Positions 1-9,104 of a stretch of 38,980 nt of DNA are shown in pieces. Source of the stretch: a virus; IMG/VR virus record IMGVR_UViG_3300045988_065349. One strand, written 5' to 3'. The translations under genes and the position numbers were made by a program. Under the pieces are notes generated by a model. That model was not told the DNA's origin and did not search any database. It was given only the letters and a program-made list of their open reading frames with translations. The first letter of the stretch is position 1. Each line of letters opens with the position of its first letter.

Positions 1-119
1 CACTGCCTCTGATGCTGTGTGGACGGAGACCGTCGCCAACATCAATGAAATCGTGCTCGACTTCACACAGCTGGAAGTGGACGGCTATATGCTGGCCGGA
101 TACATGGCGATCTCCAATG
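1..119. repeat. Terminal overlap copy 1 (identical to 38862-38980)
   Basis: Base-by-base identity of cactgcctctgatgctgtg...atctccaatg at both ends. Confidence 0.95.
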
Positions 120-1081
120 CCGTGCTTGCCGACGATTCCGACCTCCAGCTCCTGACCAGCATCCTTAATGCGATGGGCGAGGCAAACGCGCGGGCACTCG
201 ACAAGTCGATTGCCTATGGTACGGGCGTGAAAATGCCTGTCGGCTTTATTACCCGCCTTGCCGCTTCGGCGAAGCCGTCCTGGTGGGGCAAGGATCAGGG
301 CGACTTTATCGCGCTGAACACCAGCCACATCCTCAAACTGGATATCGACTCCACCTCCGGCACTGCGTTCTTCGGCTCGCTGATCGAGGCGCTGGGCATT
401 GCAGATCCGAAGTATTCGGACGGCCGCGCGTTCTGGATCATGAATCGCAAGACGCACATCCGCCTGATGGCCAAGGCGCTGGCATTTGACGCCGCTGCGG
501 CGCTGGCCGCCGGCATCAATAACACCTTCCCGATTATTGGCGGCGATATTGTTGAGCTGGAATTCATGGCCGACAACGATATTGCGGGCGGATTCGGCGA
601 CATGATGCGCATGGTCGAGCGCGAGGGCGCAACGATTGCATCCTCCGATATCCCGCTGTTCCTGAGGAATATGACGGTCTACCGCTCCATTGGCCGCTAC
701 GATGGCAAGCCCGCACGCGGTGAAAGCTTCGTGCTTGTAAACTTCCACAACACGCAGCCGACCACGTCGATCTCGTTCGCGCCTGATCTTGCGAATGAAA
801 AACTGGGTACGCTGATCGTCACGACCGCAGCAGGCGCGTCGAACGGCAAGAGCATCGTCACAGTAGCCGGCAACAGCTCCGGCACTCTCAAGTACCAGAC
901 CAGCGGGCAGGCCATCGCCGTGGGCAATGGTGAGCGGCTTGGCAAGGGCTGGACGGATCTCCCCGCTACCAAGATCATCGACGGCACAACGGGTGAGACC
1001 ATCACCGTTGTCGAGGTCAACGCAGAGGGCCGCGCTGTGGCTGTCGGCTCCGGCAGCGTGACCGCCAAGACCGGCGGTTAA
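1..1081 (+). CDS. Major capsid protein (HK97 fold), C-terminal part, continuing in frame from 38254-38861 across the junction, with an Ig-like C-terminal domain
   Basis: The translation (...LEVDGYMLAGYMAISNAVL..., KSIAYGTG) is typical of HK97-family capsids. It follows the prohead protease. The last ~110 aa are a Thr/Gly/Val-rich beta-type segment. The frame is continuous with the ORF opened at 38254. Confidence 0.9.
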   Translation, partial: TASDAVWTETVANINEIVLDFTQLEVDGYMLAGYMAISNAVLADDSDLQLLTSILNAMGEANARALDKSIAYGTGVKMPVGFITRLAASAKPSWWGKDQGDFIALNTSHILKLDIDSTSGTAFFGSLIEALGIADPKYSDGRAFWIMNRKTHIRLMAKALAFDAAAALAAGINNTFPIIGGDIVELEFMADNDIAGGFGDMMRMVEREGATIASSDIPLFLRNMTVYRSIGRYDGKPARGESFVLVNFHNTQPTTSISFAPDLANEKLGTLIVTTAAGASNGKSIVTVAGNSSGTLKYQTSGQAIAVGNGERLGKGWTDLPATKIIDGTTGETITVVEVNAEGRAVAVGSGSVTAKTGG

Positions 1082-1092
1082 GGAGGGCCGAT

Positions 1093-1383
1093 ATGTCAGC
1101 GGGACTGCGTATTGATTTACTCAAGGTCGATCTCGGCCTCCTGAGCTGCGCCGAGCCACAGGAACTGTATCTGCGCAGCCTGCTGACGTCGGCTGAGAAC
1201 TTTATCCGCCGCCGGGGCGTGCCTCTGGCGGACGATGATACCGACGACGATCTGCTGGTTGCGTCGGTGGCTGCATGGATGTACCGTGCGCGCGGATCTG
1301 CCGACCGCGCACAGCTTCCCCGGAACCTGGACATCCAGATCAAGGATCGGCTGTGCGCGGCCAAGATGGGAGGCAACGAATGA
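1093..1383 (+). CDS. Head-tail connector protein (gp6-like)
   Basis: 96 aa, immediately after the capsid gene. RBS aaggaggg lies upstream. Call rests on size, position and an acidic DDDTDDDLL segment. Confidence 0.6.
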   Translation: MSAGLRIDLLKVDLGLLSCAEPQELYLRSLLTSAENFIRRRGVPLADDDTDDDLLVASVAAWMYRARGSADRAQLPRNLDIQIKDRLCAAKMGGNE

Positions 1384-1721
1384 TCTATGACAAGATTCTG
1401 ACCATCTGCACGCTGCGCCCCGGCAAATCGCCTGCTGTGCGAAAGCTTGGGAAGATCGGCCAGCAGTATTACGCGGAGCGCACCGTCTACGCCTCCCGCT
1501 ATTATGCGGGCAGGCAGGCGGGCGCGAAGCTGGTACGAATGGTGTCAGTGCCTCGCAGCGTGTACGACCCGCCAATCGAGGCCGACCAATACTGCATTCT
1601 GGACGACGGGCATGCGTACCGCATCGACCAGGCGCAGCGTGAGCTTGATGATGACGGGCTACCGGTCACGACGCTGAGCCTGGCAGAGCCGGAGGGTAAG
1701 TATGAGCTATACCAAGATTGA
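1380..1721 (+). CDS. Head closure / head-tail adaptor protein
   Basis: ATGA start-stop overlap with the previous gene. 113 aa at the conserved position. C-terminal DDGHAYRIDQ-type motif. Confidence 0.55.
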   Translation: MIYDKILTICTLRPGKSPAVRKLGKIGQQYYAERTVYASRYYAGRQAGAKLVRMVSVPRSVYDPPIEADQYCILDDGHAYRIDQAQRELDDDGLPVTTLSLAEPEGKYELYQD

Positions 1722-2037
1722 GCGCGCACTGGAAAGCGTGCTGCCGGGCGCTGTGTACAAGGTGCAGGCCCCAATCGAGGACGCCAGCGGCAACCCGATC
1801 ACCAGATATCTGGTGTGGACGCCGACCGGCGAACGGTACGAATATGCCGACGGAAAGCCGTTTGCAACCGTCCACACAGCGGTTGTGACGGTGGGTACGC
1901 AGACTGAGGACGACGACCTGCCGCGAAAGGTCACGGCGGCGCTGGCCGAGGCGCGTGTGGCGATGCAGCCGCCGGAGCATTCATATGACGATGAGCTTGC
2001 CACTTATTTTACGGATATTCCGTGTGAGGTGATCTGA
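1702..2037 (+). CDS. Neck / tail-completion-type protein (call is position-based)
   Basis: RBS ggaggg precedes the ATG. 111 aa, lying between the head closure and tail genes. Confidence 0.45.
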   Translation: MSYTKIERALESVLPGAVYKVQAPIEDASGNPITRYLVWTPTGERYEYADGKPFATVHTAVVTVGTQTEDDDLPRKVTAALAEARVAMQPPEHSYDDELATYFTDIPCEVI

Positions 2038-2495
2038 TGGCGCAGTTTGAAACACAGCTTGCATCCGCTGCTATTGCGCAGGCGATTAAAAAATTGCAAG
2101 AAAACAATATGTTTTCAGATAAAACCGTCACCGCCATCCTGACCATTGGTGCGGATGAAATGCTTGCAAGTGTAAAATCCGCTTTTATTCAGTCTGGCCA
2201 CAACAACACCTTACCGCGCCGTACTGGCGAAACGCTGCGGCATTTTACAAAGTCGCAAAAGCTGATGAAAGATAAACGCGGGACGCCATATATGTTTGTA
2301 ACGGTATCCGGGGCGGACCGGCGCGGCCAACGCTATGGCGCAAAAGCCTTTGTTCTCAACTATGGTCGCCGAAAAGGTGGAAAGATCACAGCAGATTATT
2401 ACCTATCGAACGCAGCAAAGTCTACACGTCCAAAAATCAACCAGCAAATGGCACAAAAGGCTGAAGAACTCTTTGCTTCCGGTCAGAGTAAATGA
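2037..2495 (+). CDS. HK97 gp10-like head-tail joining component
   Basis: ATG overlaps the previous TGA. 152 aa directly upstream of the major tail protein. Locally lower GC. Confidence 0.5.
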   Translation: MAQFETQLASAAIAQAIKKLQENNMFSDKTVTAILTIGADEMLASVKSAFIQSGHNNTLPRRTGETLRHFTKSQKLMKDKRGTPYMFVTVSGADRRGQRYGAKAFVLNYGRRKGGKITADYYLSNAAKSTRPKINQQMAQKAEELFASGQSK

Positions 2496-2507
2496 AAGGA
2501 GAATGAA

Positions 2508-3119
2508 ATGCCTGAATTTGATCTGCGCGGCATGAAGGCCGCAAAGTACAATTACGACAAATCGCAGAAGAAAATCACATACGGCGAGGCTATGAGTATG
2601 GGCGAGGCCATGACGGCAAACCTCGAAATGAAATTTGCCGAAGGCCGCATCTATGCTGAATCCTCGCTTTCGGAGTACATGAAGAAATGCACCGGTATGA
2701 CGACCAGCGTCGGCGTGAAGTATATTCCCGACGATTGCCAAAAGGTGCTTTATGGCTTTTATGAGCTGAGCCGGTCGGTCGGCTCTACCTCGCCGAAGAC
2801 CGTCAAGAGCATGACGGCCGGCAGGACCTCGACAGGCCAGTACGTCGGACACGGCTTTTACAGCCCCGATATGATCGACGGCGTAGAGAAATTTACCGCC
2901 GTCTTTGTCCACAAGACGCTGTTTGGCCCGCCCAGCCGTGTCCTTCAGACGATGGGCGAGTCGATCACTTTCCAGACACCGACCACAAGCGGTGAGTCCC
3001 TCGTTGACGATCTCGGCCACCTGTTCGAGTGGTACACTTTTGACACCGAGGCCGAGGCCATTGCGTGGCTCGCTGCGTGCTTCACGACCGAGCCTACGGT
3101 AGTGACGGGGGCGGGCTGA
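2508..3119 (+). CDS. Major tail protein (phi13/TP901-1-like)
   Basis: RBS aaaggag. 203 aa, located just before the chaperone and tape measure pair. The sequence pattern resembles the phi13-family major tail proteins as I recall them. Confidence 0.8.
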   Translation: MPEFDLRGMKAAKYNYDKSQKKITYGEAMSMGEAMTANLEMKFAEGRIYAESSLSEYMKKCTGMTTSVGVKYIPDDCQKVLYGFYELSRSVGSTSPKTVKSMTAGRTSTGQYVGHGFYSPDMIDGVEKFTAVFVHKTLFGPPSRVLQTMGESITFQTPTTSGESLVDDLGHLFEWYTFDTEAEAIAWLAACFTTEPTVVTGAG

Positions 3120-3529
3120 TGGATGTACGGCTCAAAACCATGCCGTATGAGATCGACGGCCACAAGCTGACGCTCTCCTGCAACATGGATGTGCTTGCAG
3201 AGCTTCAGGCACAGGACAGCAACCTTGGACAACTGCTGGACGGTGACCGCTCAATGCGGAACTATCTCCGGCTGATGGCTGCGATGATCAACAGCGAGCT
3301 TCGCCGCCAGGGTGTGGACGCGGCCTATACCGACGGAGACCTCGGCCGCCGCATCAGTTTCCAAGAGTTTCGGAAGAACAACCACGCTGTGTTTGCGATG
3401 CTCGTTTCCGCCGTCATTGTCGATGACCCGGAGGAGGCGGAGCCGAAAACGGAGCAGCCGGAGGCAGACGAAAAAAACGCAGTGACCAGCAAGGACGACG
3501 GAACGGCATCGACTTTGCCTGGTACCTGA
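3119..3529 (+). CDS. Tail assembly chaperone, short (G-like) product
   Basis: ATGA overlap with the major tail gene. Acidic C-terminus. Lies directly upstream of the tape measure. Contains the slippery heptamer. Confidence 0.8.
   Translation: MDVRLKTMPYEIDGHKLTLSCNMDVLAELQAQDSNLGQLLDGDRSMRNYLRLMAAMINSELRRQGVDAAYTDGDLGRRISFQEFRKNNHAVFAMLVSAVIVDDPEEAEPKTEQPEADEKNAVTSKDDGTASTLPGT
3472..3478 (+). promoter_or_regulatory. Programmed -1 ribosomal frameshift slippery site A_AAA_AAC
   Basis: In the zero frame of the chaperone the codons are gaA AAA AAC. The -1 frame is open from 3478 to the TGA at 3733-3735. Confidence 0.75.
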
Positions 3530-3735
3530 ATATCTGGATCAATATCCTACACAACGACGAGGCCGTTTTCTGGCGGTCCATGACGCCGGCACGGTGTGTT
3601 GCACTTTACCGAGAGTATTTCAAACTCACGGGCGCACCGTGCCGGTCTTTTGCATCTGAGACGCAGCCCGCGCCTCAGGAGCAGAAGCCCGCCCGCTTGT
3701 CGTTGTCCGAATACCTCATGGGGAGGTGTAATTGA
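3478..3735 (+). CDS. -1 frame extension of the tail chaperone (GT-like long product = 3119..3478 joined to 3478..3735)
   Basis: 85 stop-free codons (RSDQQGRRNGIDFAWYLNIWINILHNDEAVFWRSMTPARCVALYREYFKL...). There is no start codon or RBS of its own. Its TGA overlaps the tape measure ATG. Confidence 0.75.
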   Translation, partial: RSDQQGRRNGIDFAWYLNIWINILHNDEAVFWRSMTPARCVALYREYFKLTGAPCRSFASETQPAPQEQKPARLSLSEYLMGRCN

Positions 3736-5783
3736 TGGCAACACCTGTTGCAAACCTACAAATCAAACTCGCGGGTGAGCAAGAATATAAGGCAGCGGTA
3801 TCGGAAATCAACTCTACGTTGCGTCGTTTGGATTCCGAGCTGAAGAAAGCAGATGCGCAGTTCGCGGATAATGCAAGCAGCCTCGAAGCGCTTAGCCAGA
3901 AGCACAGCATACTTTCGGAAAAAATTTCTGCGCAGCAGAAAAAGGTCGATGAGCTGCGCAAAGCTGTTTCGGAGGCAGAGTCGGTCCAGGAAAAAGCAAA
4001 TAAGGCCTTTGAGAAAAACGCTTCAACGCTGGATAAGTCCAGCGATGAATATAAAGAGATGATTGAGTCGCTTCGTAAGGCGAACGTCCAAGCTGATACG
4101 TGGAAAACATCTCTAAATAACGCCGAAGCTGCGCTTGCGAAAATGCAGGGTGAGCTTGATGCCAACACAGATGCGTTGAAAAAGATGACAAGCCCTCTGG
4201 ATAAGGTCAGGAGCGCCTTTGCCGCGACCAAGGAGCAGGGCGGCGGCGTCAAGGAAGTGCTGGCAAATCTCAAGGATGAGTTTACGCTCAGCACGGATTC
4301 TGCGAATGGCCTTGGCACGGCACTGACGGATATCGCTGGGCATTTCGGCATCCAGCTTCCGGAGGGTGCATCGAAGGCTGCGAGCGCACTGAACGGCATC
4401 AACACGGGGGCTGCGCTGGCTGTGACCGGGATCGGGCTGCTGGCCGCAGCAATTGTGAAAGCTGAAAAGGCTTTGATCTCCATGACGAAGGAGAGCGCCG
4501 AATATGCCAAGGAGATTAAGACGATTTCCAGCGTTACGGGGCAGTCCGCAGAGAGCCTTCAGGAATTCGACTACGCTGCCGAGATGATCGGCGTCTCGTC
4601 CGACCGCATCCGCGACAGCCTCAAGGAAACCACCAACAAAATGCAGGAAGCCGCGACGGGCACAGGCGACGCCTACGAGGCGTACAATAAGCTCGGCGTG
4701 AAGATCACCGACGTGGACGGCCAGCTGCGCAGCGCGGAGGACGTGTTTTATGACACGATTGACGCCCTCGGCGAAATGAAAAACAAGACCGAGCGGGACG
4801 CACTGGCGATGGACCTCATGTCCGAGTCTGCGCAGGAGCTGAATCCGCTGATCGAGATCGGCAGCGACGGCCTCAAGCAGTACGCCCAGGAGGCGCACAG
4901 CATGGGCTACGTCCTCGATAATGAGGCGCTGACGGCGCTTACCGAGGTGGACGACGCATACCAGCGACTGCAAAAGTCGCAGGAGGGTGCGAAGAATCAG
5001 CTTTCTGCTGAGTTCGCGCCGTATCTCACGGAGTTTTATGAGAAGATCACGAAGCTCATCAAGGACGGCGGACAGGCGCTCAAGGACTCCGGAATCGTGG
5101 ATTCCTTTGGTATGCTGCTGGAGACTGTGGGCGACATTATTGCGCCTACCGACCAGCTCTCGTCGGATACCGTGCCAAAGCTCACGGAGGCGCTTCGCCC
5201 GCTGGCCGAGATCATGGCGGGCATTGCAGACACCATTGACTTTATCAGCGGTGCGGCGACCGTCCTCACGACCGGTATATGGGACTGGGATAAGTGGTCG
5301 GGCGGCTGGAAGCAGATGGGCAAGGCTGCGGGCTTCGGCTACTCCTACGGCAACGGCAACAACACGCAGACACTCAAGGAAAAATGGGAGCAGACAGACG
5401 TCAACCGCGCGACCAGCGCGAACGGCTACGGCCAGTATTACGCAAACGGCAAGTGGTATTCCAATTATGAGAGCTACCTCCGCGACGAATGGGAAAAGTC
5501 CGGGACAGGAACTACATTTGAGTATTGGAAAATGCAGAAGGGCTATAACGCCTCCGGCACGGACTACTGGCGAGGTGGGCGGACGCTGATCGGCGAGTAC
5601 GGCCCGGAGGAAGTTGTGCTGCCGCAGGGCACGCGCATCCTGACAGCGCAGGAAACCCGGCAGGCGGCTGGCGGCGATACGTTTTACATCACGATCCCGG
5701 CCAATACGGTAAAGGAATTCAACGACATTGTAAACATCGCGCGAAATAAGCGCCGCACAGACAGAATGGGGGTGCAGGAGTGA
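3735..5783 (+). CDS. Tail tape measure protein
   Basis: 682 aa. Long coiled-coil N-terminal half, hydrophobic Gly/Ala segment, and the canonical position after the chaperone pair. Confidence 0.9.
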   Translation: MATPVANLQIKLAGEQEYKAAVSEINSTLRRLDSELKKADAQFADNASSLEALSQKHSILSEKISAQQKKVDELRKAVSEAESVQEKANKAFEKNASTLDKSSDEYKEMIESLRKANVQADTWKTSLNNAEAALAKMQGELDANTDALKKMTSPLDKVRSAFAATKEQGGGVKEVLANLKDEFTLSTDSANGLGTALTDIAGHFGIQLPEGASKAASALNGINTGAALAVTGIGLLAAAIVKAEKALISMTKESAEYAKEIKTISSVTGQSAESLQEFDYAAEMIGVSSDRIRDSLKETTNKMQEAATGTGDAYEAYNKLGVKITDVDGQLRSAEDVFYDTIDALGEMKNKTERDALAMDLMSESAQELNPLIEIGSDGLKQYAQEAHSMGYVLDNEALTALTEVDDAYQRLQKSQEGAKNQLSAEFAPYLTEFYEKITKLIKDGGQALKDSGIVDSFGMLLETVGDIIAPTDQLSSDTVPKLTEALRPLAEIMAGIADTIDFISGAATVLTTGIWDWDKWSGGWKQMGKAAGFGYSYGNGNNTQTLKEKWEQTDVNRATSANGYGQYYANGKWYSNYESYLRDEWEKSGTGTTFEYWKMQKGYNASGTDYWRGGRTLIGEYGPEEVVLPQGTRILTAQETRQAAGGDTFYITIPANTVKEFNDIVNIARNKRRTDRMGVQE

Positions 5784-7801
5784 GCGAGAGCATTCACACT
5801 TTGACGTTTGACGAGTTTGCATTTGCGAATTACAACGACAAAACGAAAAATGACCATACGAGCACCGAGATAGATTTAAGCAATCAAAACTCCAGAATGC
5901 TCTGCAAATTCGCATCAGCAAAAAATGTCGGTTGGGGGTTTAACCGGATTAAAAAAATCCGGGCGGGAATCTATATCAAGGAGCTAACGGCAATCTCAGC
6001 TTCTGGCCCCGTAATTATAAACACTGGAACGGAGGACAGCCTATTTTCGGCTACGACGGTGACGTATGCAACAAAACCAGCAGAAACAGCGCCATTTGGG
6101 CGTGGATACGTACAGGCCCAAGGGCAAGCGTATGCGGAATTAAGCATATCAGGGACCTATGGGGAAAGAAACGTATTTACAAACGGGATTGGCCTTGCTG
6201 CACAGATGGCAAGTGTTTGCAACGCATACACACCGGCAAGCGCAAATAAGCCGAAACTGGAAATAACGGTAGACGATAACGATCTTGTAAGGGTGGAAGC
6301 GTACTACTGGGACAGCACATATGGCGGTAAAACAATAACAAAAAGCTCCGGTGCAGATGTAACGATAGATGGAATACTGACGCGACAAAATGGACTTTGT
6401 TACAGTGAGGTGGCGCAATCCGGGATTTCTGGGGTGTGGCGTGCAAACGAAAACTCTGAGGAACACGAAATCCCGATGGCGGATGGGCAAGGTCAATCGT
6501 TAGTTTTCCCGTTAGGGACATTCGGTGCGCTGACACAGGTGCAAGTGCGGCCGAAGATAACGTCAAGCAACACGCTGACGTGGACGCCGGATACTTGGTT
6601 GACGATCAACCTTGAGGACGCAATCCCGCAGGCTATCCCGGTTAGCCCTGTGGGCGAATCGGTGGACAAGAACAGCCCGACGGTATTTCGATGGTCGCAC
6701 GTCATATCAACTGGATCAGCACAGACAAAAGCGGAACTCCAAAAGTCAACGGACGGCACGACGTGGACGGCGCTGGCAACCGTGACCGGCGCAGAAAACA
6801 GCTACACAGCCCCAGCGGGAACATTTAACCTCGGTGTGAATTTTTGGCGGGTGCGGACGTATAACGCCGACAATGTTGCTGGCGAGTGGAGTGGCGCGGC
6901 GCAGTTTATCTGCATCGGCGCTCCAGATGCTCCGATTGTGACGGTTGCCGGAACGCACCCGAGGACAGTCGCCACTTGGCAAGCCAACGGACAGCTGGCA
7001 TACCAGGTAGAAATCGACGGCGTTTACAGCTCCGGCACATACTACGGCACGGACAAAACGTGGACAGCTCCGATGTACCTCGAAGATGGTGAATACATCG
7101 TGCGCGTCCGCGTGCAAAACGAATATGCCATGTGGTCGCCGTGGGGATCGGCGGCGCTGCAAGTCGCCAACACGGCGGGGCCAGCGATCAATCTGACAGC
7201 AGAGGCCGGGGACACGGTGCGCCTCTCCTGGAGCGCTGCCGGAGGGTATCACTACAACTTTTACCTGATATACCGCGATGGGAAGCTCATCGCAAAAACG
7301 ACAGAGCACACATACACGGATCTGCGTCCCATCGGCAGCGTAAGCTACCAGGTGCGCGGGTGCTTTGACACAAGCTCCAATTACCGGCTGTCCAACACAG
7401 TGACGGTGACAGTATCTGTGCCGTGTGTGACGTTGATCGATCTTGATACAGGCGATGTGCTGCCGCTTCCCTACTCGGCCAGCACACACCGCACGACGGG
7501 ACGCAATCTGAGCCGGGGCGTACAGTCCGTGCAGCTTGCCGGGCGGCGATATCCGACGATAGAGCGCAGTATGCACTATGCGGAGACGATCTCGGTTGCG
7601 TGCGCATTCCGCGAGGCGGAGAATTGCGCGGCGCTTGAGGCGCTTGTGGGCAAGATGGTAACAGTAAAAACGCCGGAGGGCAAGATGGTGAGCGGGTGCC
7701 TCTCGGTGCTTGCGGCCACTGCGGACGGCGGCTTTTACACTACGTATCAGTTCGATGTGGAACAGGCGGACGTGGAGGAGGTTGTGGACATTGATTCGTG
7801 A
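5780..7801 (+). CDS. Distal tail (Dit)-like protein with a long N-terminal extension and FN3-like repeats
   Basis: GTG start overlaps the tape measure stop. The central region has repeated W...Y...V motifs typical of FN3 domains. The C-terminal ~125 aa resemble siphovirus tail-family (Dit) proteins. It sits immediately after the tape measure. Confidence 0.7.
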   Translation: MSESIHTLTFDEFAFANYNDKTKNDHTSTEIDLSNQNSRMLCKFASAKNVGWGFNRIKKIRAGIYIKELTAISASGPVIINTGTEDSLFSATTVTYATKPAETAPFGRGYVQAQGQAYAELSISGTYGERNVFTNGIGLAAQMASVCNAYTPASANKPKLEITVDDNDLVRVEAYYWDSTYGGKTITKSSGADVTIDGILTRQNGLCYSEVAQSGISGVWRANENSEEHEIPMADGQGQSLVFPLGTFGALTQVQVRPKITSSNTLTWTPDTWLTINLEDAIPQAIPVSPVGESVDKNSPTVFRWSHVISTGSAQTKAELQKSTDGTTWTALATVTGAENSYTAPAGTFNLGVNFWRVRTYNADNVAGEWSGAAQFICIGAPDAPIVTVAGTHPRTVATWQANGQLAYQVEIDGVYSSGTYYGTDKTWTAPMYLEDGEYIVRVRVQNEYAMWSPWGSAALQVANTAGPAINLTAEAGDTVRLSWSAAGGYHYNFYLIYRDGKLIAKTTEHTYTDLRPIGSVSYQVRGCFDTSSNYRLSNTVTVTVSVPCVTLIDLDTGDVLPLPYSASTHRTTGRNLSRGVQSVQLAGRRYPTIERSMHYAETISVACAFREAENCAALEALVGKMVTVKTPEGKMVSGCLSVLAATADGGFYTTYQFDVEQADVEEVVDIDS

Positions 7802-8831
7802 TGTATATTACAAAATCAATGTGCTTCGCGGCGGCGCGGAGTTCAAACAGCTTTCGTGGGCGGCAGACGCCGCCCCGAATGTCTACGTCCGCAAGGACTC
7901 GGAGATCAAGGGCAGTTTGTCGGCGGAGGTTTATCCGGACGCCGACGTTGATCTGCTGTCCGACGAGCTGCAACCCGTTCTTGTCCTCGACGGAGCCGAG
8001 ACACCGCTCGGCGTATTTCAGGCGACCACAGTCGAGGAGATCATGGACGCATACGGGCGGCGGCTCCGGATCGAGGCATACGACCGATGCTGGCGCGTCC
8101 AGCAGAGCCGAACGGAGGGCCTCTATCACATCGCCGCGAATACGCCGTATCTGACGGCGGTGCAGCAGCTGCTTACGGCGGCGGGCATCAAGCTTGTGCT
8201 AGCCGTGCCTTCCTCGGCGGTGCTGGCAACGGATCGCGAGGACTGGGACACCGGGACGGACTACCTGACGATCTGCAACCAACTGCTGGAGGAGATCAAC
8301 TACAATCCGGTATGGTTTGACGGGCGCGGCATCTGCCACTTGGAGCCGTACAAAGCGCCGACCGGCGGCAGGATCGATCACGCATACAGCAGCACAGACT
8401 TGCAGCTTGCACCGATCACGGATGACCACACGCAGGAGCTAGACCTATTTGACGCTCCGAATGTTTTTGTGCGGATCTGCTCAAATCCTGACAGAGGCGC
8501 GCCGCTGACGGCGACTGCCGTCAACGACTCCCCTACCTCCAGCACGTCCACTTTCCGGCGCGGGCTGCGCATCGTTGACGTCGCGAAGGTAAACAACGTG
8601 GCCAGTCAGGACGAGCTTCAGGAGCTGGTAAACCGGCTGCGCAACGAGTCCATGCACGCAACCAAAACAATCACCTTTTACACGCTGGCAACCGGCGGCC
8701 ATGGAGTCGGGGATATCGTATCGATCGACGATCCGGACATCGGCGGAATATGGGAAGAGACTGAGTGGTCGCTTACGATGGCCGTCGGCGAGCTGATGCA
8801 GCACACTGCGCGAAGGGTGGTGATCGCGTGA
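7791..8831 (+). CDS. Tal-like tail-associated / baseplate hub protein
   Basis: TTG start preceded by ggaggagg. 346 aa in the slot after Dit. The exact start is uncertain (the ORF is open from 7710). Confidence 0.65.
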   Translation: MIRDVYYKINVLRGGAEFKQLSWAADAAPNVYVRKDSEIKGSLSAEVYPDADVDLLSDELQPVLVLDGAETPLGVFQATTVEEIMDAYGRRLRIEAYDRCWRVQQSRTEGLYHIAANTPYLTAVQQLLTAAGIKLVLAVPSSAVLATDREDWDTGTDYLTICNQLLEEINYNPVWFDGRGICHLEPYKAPTGGRIDHAYSSTDLQLAPITDDHTQELDLFDAPNVFVRICSNPDRGAPLTATAVNDSPTSSTSTFRRGLRIVDVAKVNNVASQDELQELVNRLRNESMHATKTITFYTLATGGHGVGDIVSIDDPDIGGIWEETEWSLTMAVGELMQHTARRVVIA

Positions 8832-9067
8832 CGGGCCTCACAGAATATACTGCAAAAGCAGCGACGAAGCCGGAGCGCATCGCACTAGCGACTGTGGCAG
8901 CCAAGTACGCGGATGGATTGTCACTGATCTTTGACGGGCAGGACGCCGCAACGACGAAGCACTACAAATGCAACACGGCGGTGACCTTTGCGGCTGGGAG
9001 CCGCGTCGTATGCCTGCGGATCTCCGGCAGCTGGGTCGTGGCGTTCGCTTTTGGAAATCCAGTATGA
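8828..9067 (+). CDS. Small tail/baseplate protein, function unknown
   Basis: GTGA overlap with the previous gene. 79 aa, lying between the hub and the fibre. Confidence 0.5.
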   Translation: MTGLTEYTAKAATKPERIALATVAAKYADGLSLIFDGQDAATTKHYKCNTAVTFAAGSRVVCLRISGSWVVAFAFGNPV

Positions 9068-9104
9068 CGGTGCCAGACTTGGACACCGAGAAGGGAGAGA
9101 CCAT

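Noticed and set aside
3596-3778. 60-aa ATG-initiated ORF between the chaperone and the tape measure.
   Set aside because: It is in the wrong frame relative to the well-supported -1 extension, has no RBS and has an Arg/Ser/Pro-rich composition.
4113-5921. 602-aa minus-strand ORF antisense to the tape measure gene. Similar long antisense ORFs occur at 11958-13367, 14614-15690, 16423-17160, 17568-18272, 28942-29751, 33421-34296 and 36414-37682.
   Set aside because: Their composition is Arg/Ala/Leu/Gly-rich, as expected of the reverse frame of GC-rich coding DNA. They have no RBS, and each fully overlaps a + strand gene with clear homology-type motifs. They are not credible genes.
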